Source: Macrostomum lignano
Lineage: Eukaryota
Length of the DNA: 64,000 bases
Direction: 5' to 3'
Assembly: GCA_002269645.1 (NCBI GenBank)
Contig: NIVC01001982.1
Span: forward strand, 62,001 to 126,000
Part shown: one piece after another, positions 61,000 to 64,000 of the stretch
Position numbering within the stretch: the stretch's first letter is position 1
Layout of the letters: each line of letters opens with the position of its first letter
Position numbers and translations under genes: made by a program
The notes under the pieces: model-generated
Databases searched by the model: none
Seen by the model: the letters and a program-made list of their open reading frames with translations, nothing else
Told to the model about the DNA's origin: nothing

Positions 61000-62560
61000 T
61001 CATTATAAAGAAGAGACTTGCCACTTTCGAACGACAGCGTTTAAAGAGCTTAACTCTGAAGCGCACACATAGCAGCCAGTCTCAAGTTCCTCTCTGATCT
61101 GAGACTCAACCAGCTGGTAGGTGTCCTCACAAAGAGCGGATTCGTAGTTGCTGAATTCGGAGGCCGATTGAGCTGGCTTGTTGACGATGAGGAATCCATG
61201 GCGCAGGCCAGTACGGAAAAACTCCGCATCCGGATCGTTGGCTAGAACAGGCTCCCAAGCTGATGGCGAAAGCGACCAGGTCGATACCGGTGACTGGGCT
61301 GGCGGCTGAGCTGGCAGCTGGGCTGGCGGCTTAGCTGGCAGCTGGGCTGGCGGCGGGGTTGGCGGGTTCGACGATCTGGAGGCAGCAATGGCACCACCAG
61401 GCGCGGCAGTAGCCGATGATGGATGAGGCGAGATGGATAAGAATGAAGCTGTAGGCGAGTTGGGTGGCGAAGTTAAAGACGGAGCAGGCAAGGCAGCAGG
61501 GGAGGCGGAGGTCAATCAGTTTTTTGGACCCGAGCCATTGTTGTGCTGGTGCTGATGGGCCGGGTGCGGAGCCTCACAGATGCGGCAGACATGTGCGAAG
61601 TTGCAAGGCTGCTTCTGGCAGTCACGGTTGCTGTTGAAGAGGCCGCAAATCGTCTGGCCTCATGATGCTGCTTGGCTTCATCTGGAAGACTTTTTGCTGC
61701 CTGTCTTTCGCAGGTTCTTAGGCGCGGTCATGTGCTTGATTATGAGATTGAGGTCTGGGCTGTCCCAGTCTCTGCCGCTCGTGCTGTAACAGACGCATGT
61801 ATTGTAGGACGTAATTCCAATCGTAGTCTGCTTCCATGAGCTAGCCGATATTTATGTTGAAATTGAGGTAAGCTTTCAAGCGCCGCACATCGATGCTTCC
61901 ATCGCTTCCTTTTGAGACGAGCTGGTTGGACTCAAGCAGCTGCAGCATTATTCTGGCGTTAGCAGCGATCCATTGCCCAGTGCTGATGCTGTCGAGGCTG
62001 GACGCACCGCTCTTCGCCGCGCGCCGGTCGCGATCATGCGTCAGCCCTGTCATCTGATCCCGTCTACCATCCACGAAGTTCGGGATGAGCAGAGGGCGTC
62101 GAGCCGGCCGCGCCTTCGCTGAAAGCGAGCCAAAAAGTGCCGAAATCGGGTCGACCTCTTCAGCTGTGGCGGCGGCATGCAGACCGATTTCCTGCCGGAG
62201 TTGCGCCTCTCGCTTCTTCAGTTTTAGCAGCTCGATCCGCGACCTAGCTTGCTGAATTTCGCTATCAAGTCGGCTCTCTTGGGCAATGTTCGTGGCGACC
62301 GTGGCGTCAATATTCTCCGATTCTTCCCCGTTCAGCAGCTGATTTATCGCAGTATCTGCTTCGTCCCCTTCTGCATAGTCTGGGACTTCGGCGTCGCCTG
62401 GCTGTGGTGGAGCAGCTTGAAGCCGCTCAACAAGCTCTTGCTTGTTTCCCGAAACCGGTAGGCCATTGTCTCTTAGGGCCACTCGCAGTTGGGCTACTGT
62501 TAACCGGTTTAGGTCAGAAATGGTGCCAGATGAAAAAATCTTAGAGCTAAAAAAATTGAG
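61000..62560 (-). mobile_element. Degenerate DIRS/Ngaro-type retroelement: gag with N-terminal SAP motif and start of RT
   Basis: LNRLTVAQLRVALRDNGLPVSGNKQELVERL, QWIAANARIM, WNYVLQY, WEPVLANDPDAEFFRTGLRHGF, VESQIREELETG. Confidence 0.78.
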
Positions 62561-63089
62561 CTCATGCAGGCAGCCGAAAAACGCAGATTCAACTGAGTGA
62601 GACGCCAATAAAAGGGGCGACGGCGCAGAGGCTAAAGCCCACCCCACCAGGCCACCACCCCACGCACGCAGAGCCAAGCACCCCCCCCCCCACACAGCAC
62701 GGACAGAGGGAGAGGGGTTTAAAACTGGTTATTGACTAGTCAAGACCAGTCACAAACCAACGCAGTAGTTATAGCTAAATGTTATAATGTTATTCGTCTT
62801 CTTTGATCTGCGTCCGCATTCCATATTAGCTAAAAGTCTGTTGTACAGTGAGCAAACACTGTGACATAGCTCGCATTTAAAGATAAGGAGAGATAAGGAC
62901 CGACTTTTCACTTTATGAACAGCTCAATTTGCTTTTTATTTGTGCAGAACTCCAGACCTAGGTCTTTAACTAGTCAATATTTCAACACAATACCTTTCGA
63001 CATTGGAGTTGTTGCAGCGAATTATTGCAGGGCTGTCTGCCTAATTTTGGTCCTTCTTTAGCGGCGGCGAGCCAATCAAGGAGGTTGCA

Positions 63090-64000
63090 ATGGAGCCCAA
63101 AAATGCTGCAATCATTTCCGCAATTGAAGCCAACGAAATTCAAGCCGTTGAGAAGTACATATCTTGTGGACACAATATTGACACCTTTTACACTTGGAAT
63201 GAATCCGAGATCACACTAGTTATGTTTGCGAGCTGCTTAGGGAGGGACAAAATCTTGCTAAGACTTGCTCAGGAGAACTTGAATATCGACCAGAGAAACT
63301 GCGATGGATCCTCTGCACTTCACCTCGCTTCAGAGCACGGCCAACATCTGGCGGTTCGGACGCTGATCAAAGCTGGAGCTGACGTCGATCTACAAAACAA
63401 CGACGGTGAGACGCCTCTCTACATCGGATCAAAATTTGGTTGCTACCGGGTGGTTCAACTGCTCCTTCAAGCAGAAGCTAACGTCAATCTTCAACGAAGA
63501 ACTGGTGCCTCACCTCTGTACATTGCATCCTGCAACGGTCATCATATCGTAGTCGATTTGCTCATCAAGGAAATGGCCGACGTCAATCTTCAGCGAATGC
63601 CTGGTGAAGCACCTATCTACATCGCATCACAGTACGGTCATCTCGACGTGGTCAATTCGCTCATCAAAGCAGGTGCCGATGTCAATCTTCAACGCAGAAC
63701 TGGTTCTTCACCTCTTTTCATTGCATCTCGCTTTGGTCGTAATAAGGTGGTCTACTCGCTTATTGAAGCACAAGCCGACGTCAACCTTCAACAAGACAAT
63801 GGCGAGTCACCTCTCTACATTGCATCCCGTAACGGTCACCATCTTGTAGTGGACTCACTCATCAAAGCGCAAGCCGACGTCAGCCTTCGTCGAGACACCG
63901 GCGAGTCGCCTCTTTACATTGCAGCTCAGCAAGGCCGCCATCTCGTAGCTAAATTGCTCATTGATGCTCAACCCGGCGTCAATGTTGAAATTAGCTCAGG
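63090..64000 (+). CDS. Ankyrin-repeat protein (canonical 33-aa repeats), runs off the right edge
   Basis: Open frame MEPKNAAII...DGSSALHLASEHG...GETPLYIGSKFG...GASPLYIASCNG..., at least 7 repeats. An acceptor at 63061 suggests upstream exons. Absent from the ORF track because no stop occurs in the window. Confidence 0.9.
   Translation, partial: MEPKNAAIISAIEANEIQAVEKYISCGHNIDTFYTWNESEITLVMFASCLGRDKILLRLAQENLNIDQRNCDGSSALHLASEHGQHLAVRTLIKAGADVDLQNNDGETPLYIGSKFGCYRVVQLLLQAEANVNLQRRTGASPLYIASCNGHHIVVDLLIKEMADVNLQRMPGEAPIYIASQYGHLDVVNSLIKAGADVNLQRRTGSSPLFIASRFGRNKVVYSLIEAQADVNLQQDNGESPLYIASRNGHHLVVDSLIKAQADVSLRRDTGESPLYIAAQQGRHLVAKLLIDAQPGVNVEISS

Overview
Eukaryotic, intron-containing, transposon-dense genomic window from an invertebrate. 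A free-living flatworm such as Macrostomum is my unverified guess from style alone. It has three zones. (1) 1-27 kb: two diverged astacin-family genes head-to-head (A on minus, B on plus; B has lost every zinc ligand). Between them is a locally triplicated block with Crypton (tyrosine-recombinase) elements, foldback MITEs and a two-exon secreted 10-Cys peptide gene that the ORF track misses. A Ty3/Gypsy LTR retrotransposon with open ORFs interrupts the block. (2) 28-53 kb: an old tandem duplication of a large ankyrin-array TRP channel gene with a TRPM-like pore region. One copy is intact; the other has a frameshift and a stop. (3) 53-64 kb: Tc1, Penelope, RNase H-bearing LINE, Crypton and DIRS/Ngaro relics, then an ankyrin-repeat gene running off the right edge. 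The strongest novelty candidate is in the Gypsy element. The -1 frame after a TTTAAAC slippery site encodes a cold-shock domain, then a coiled coil, ahead of the protease. The predicted Gag-Pol therefore places a CCHC knuckle next to a CSD, the same two domain types as LIN28. Other candidates are the variable 73-aa ankyrin array on the TRP channel, the catalytically dead astacin, the knottin-like peptide, and CCATAGAC-bounded modules around Cryptons. All calls were read by eye; no database searches were run.
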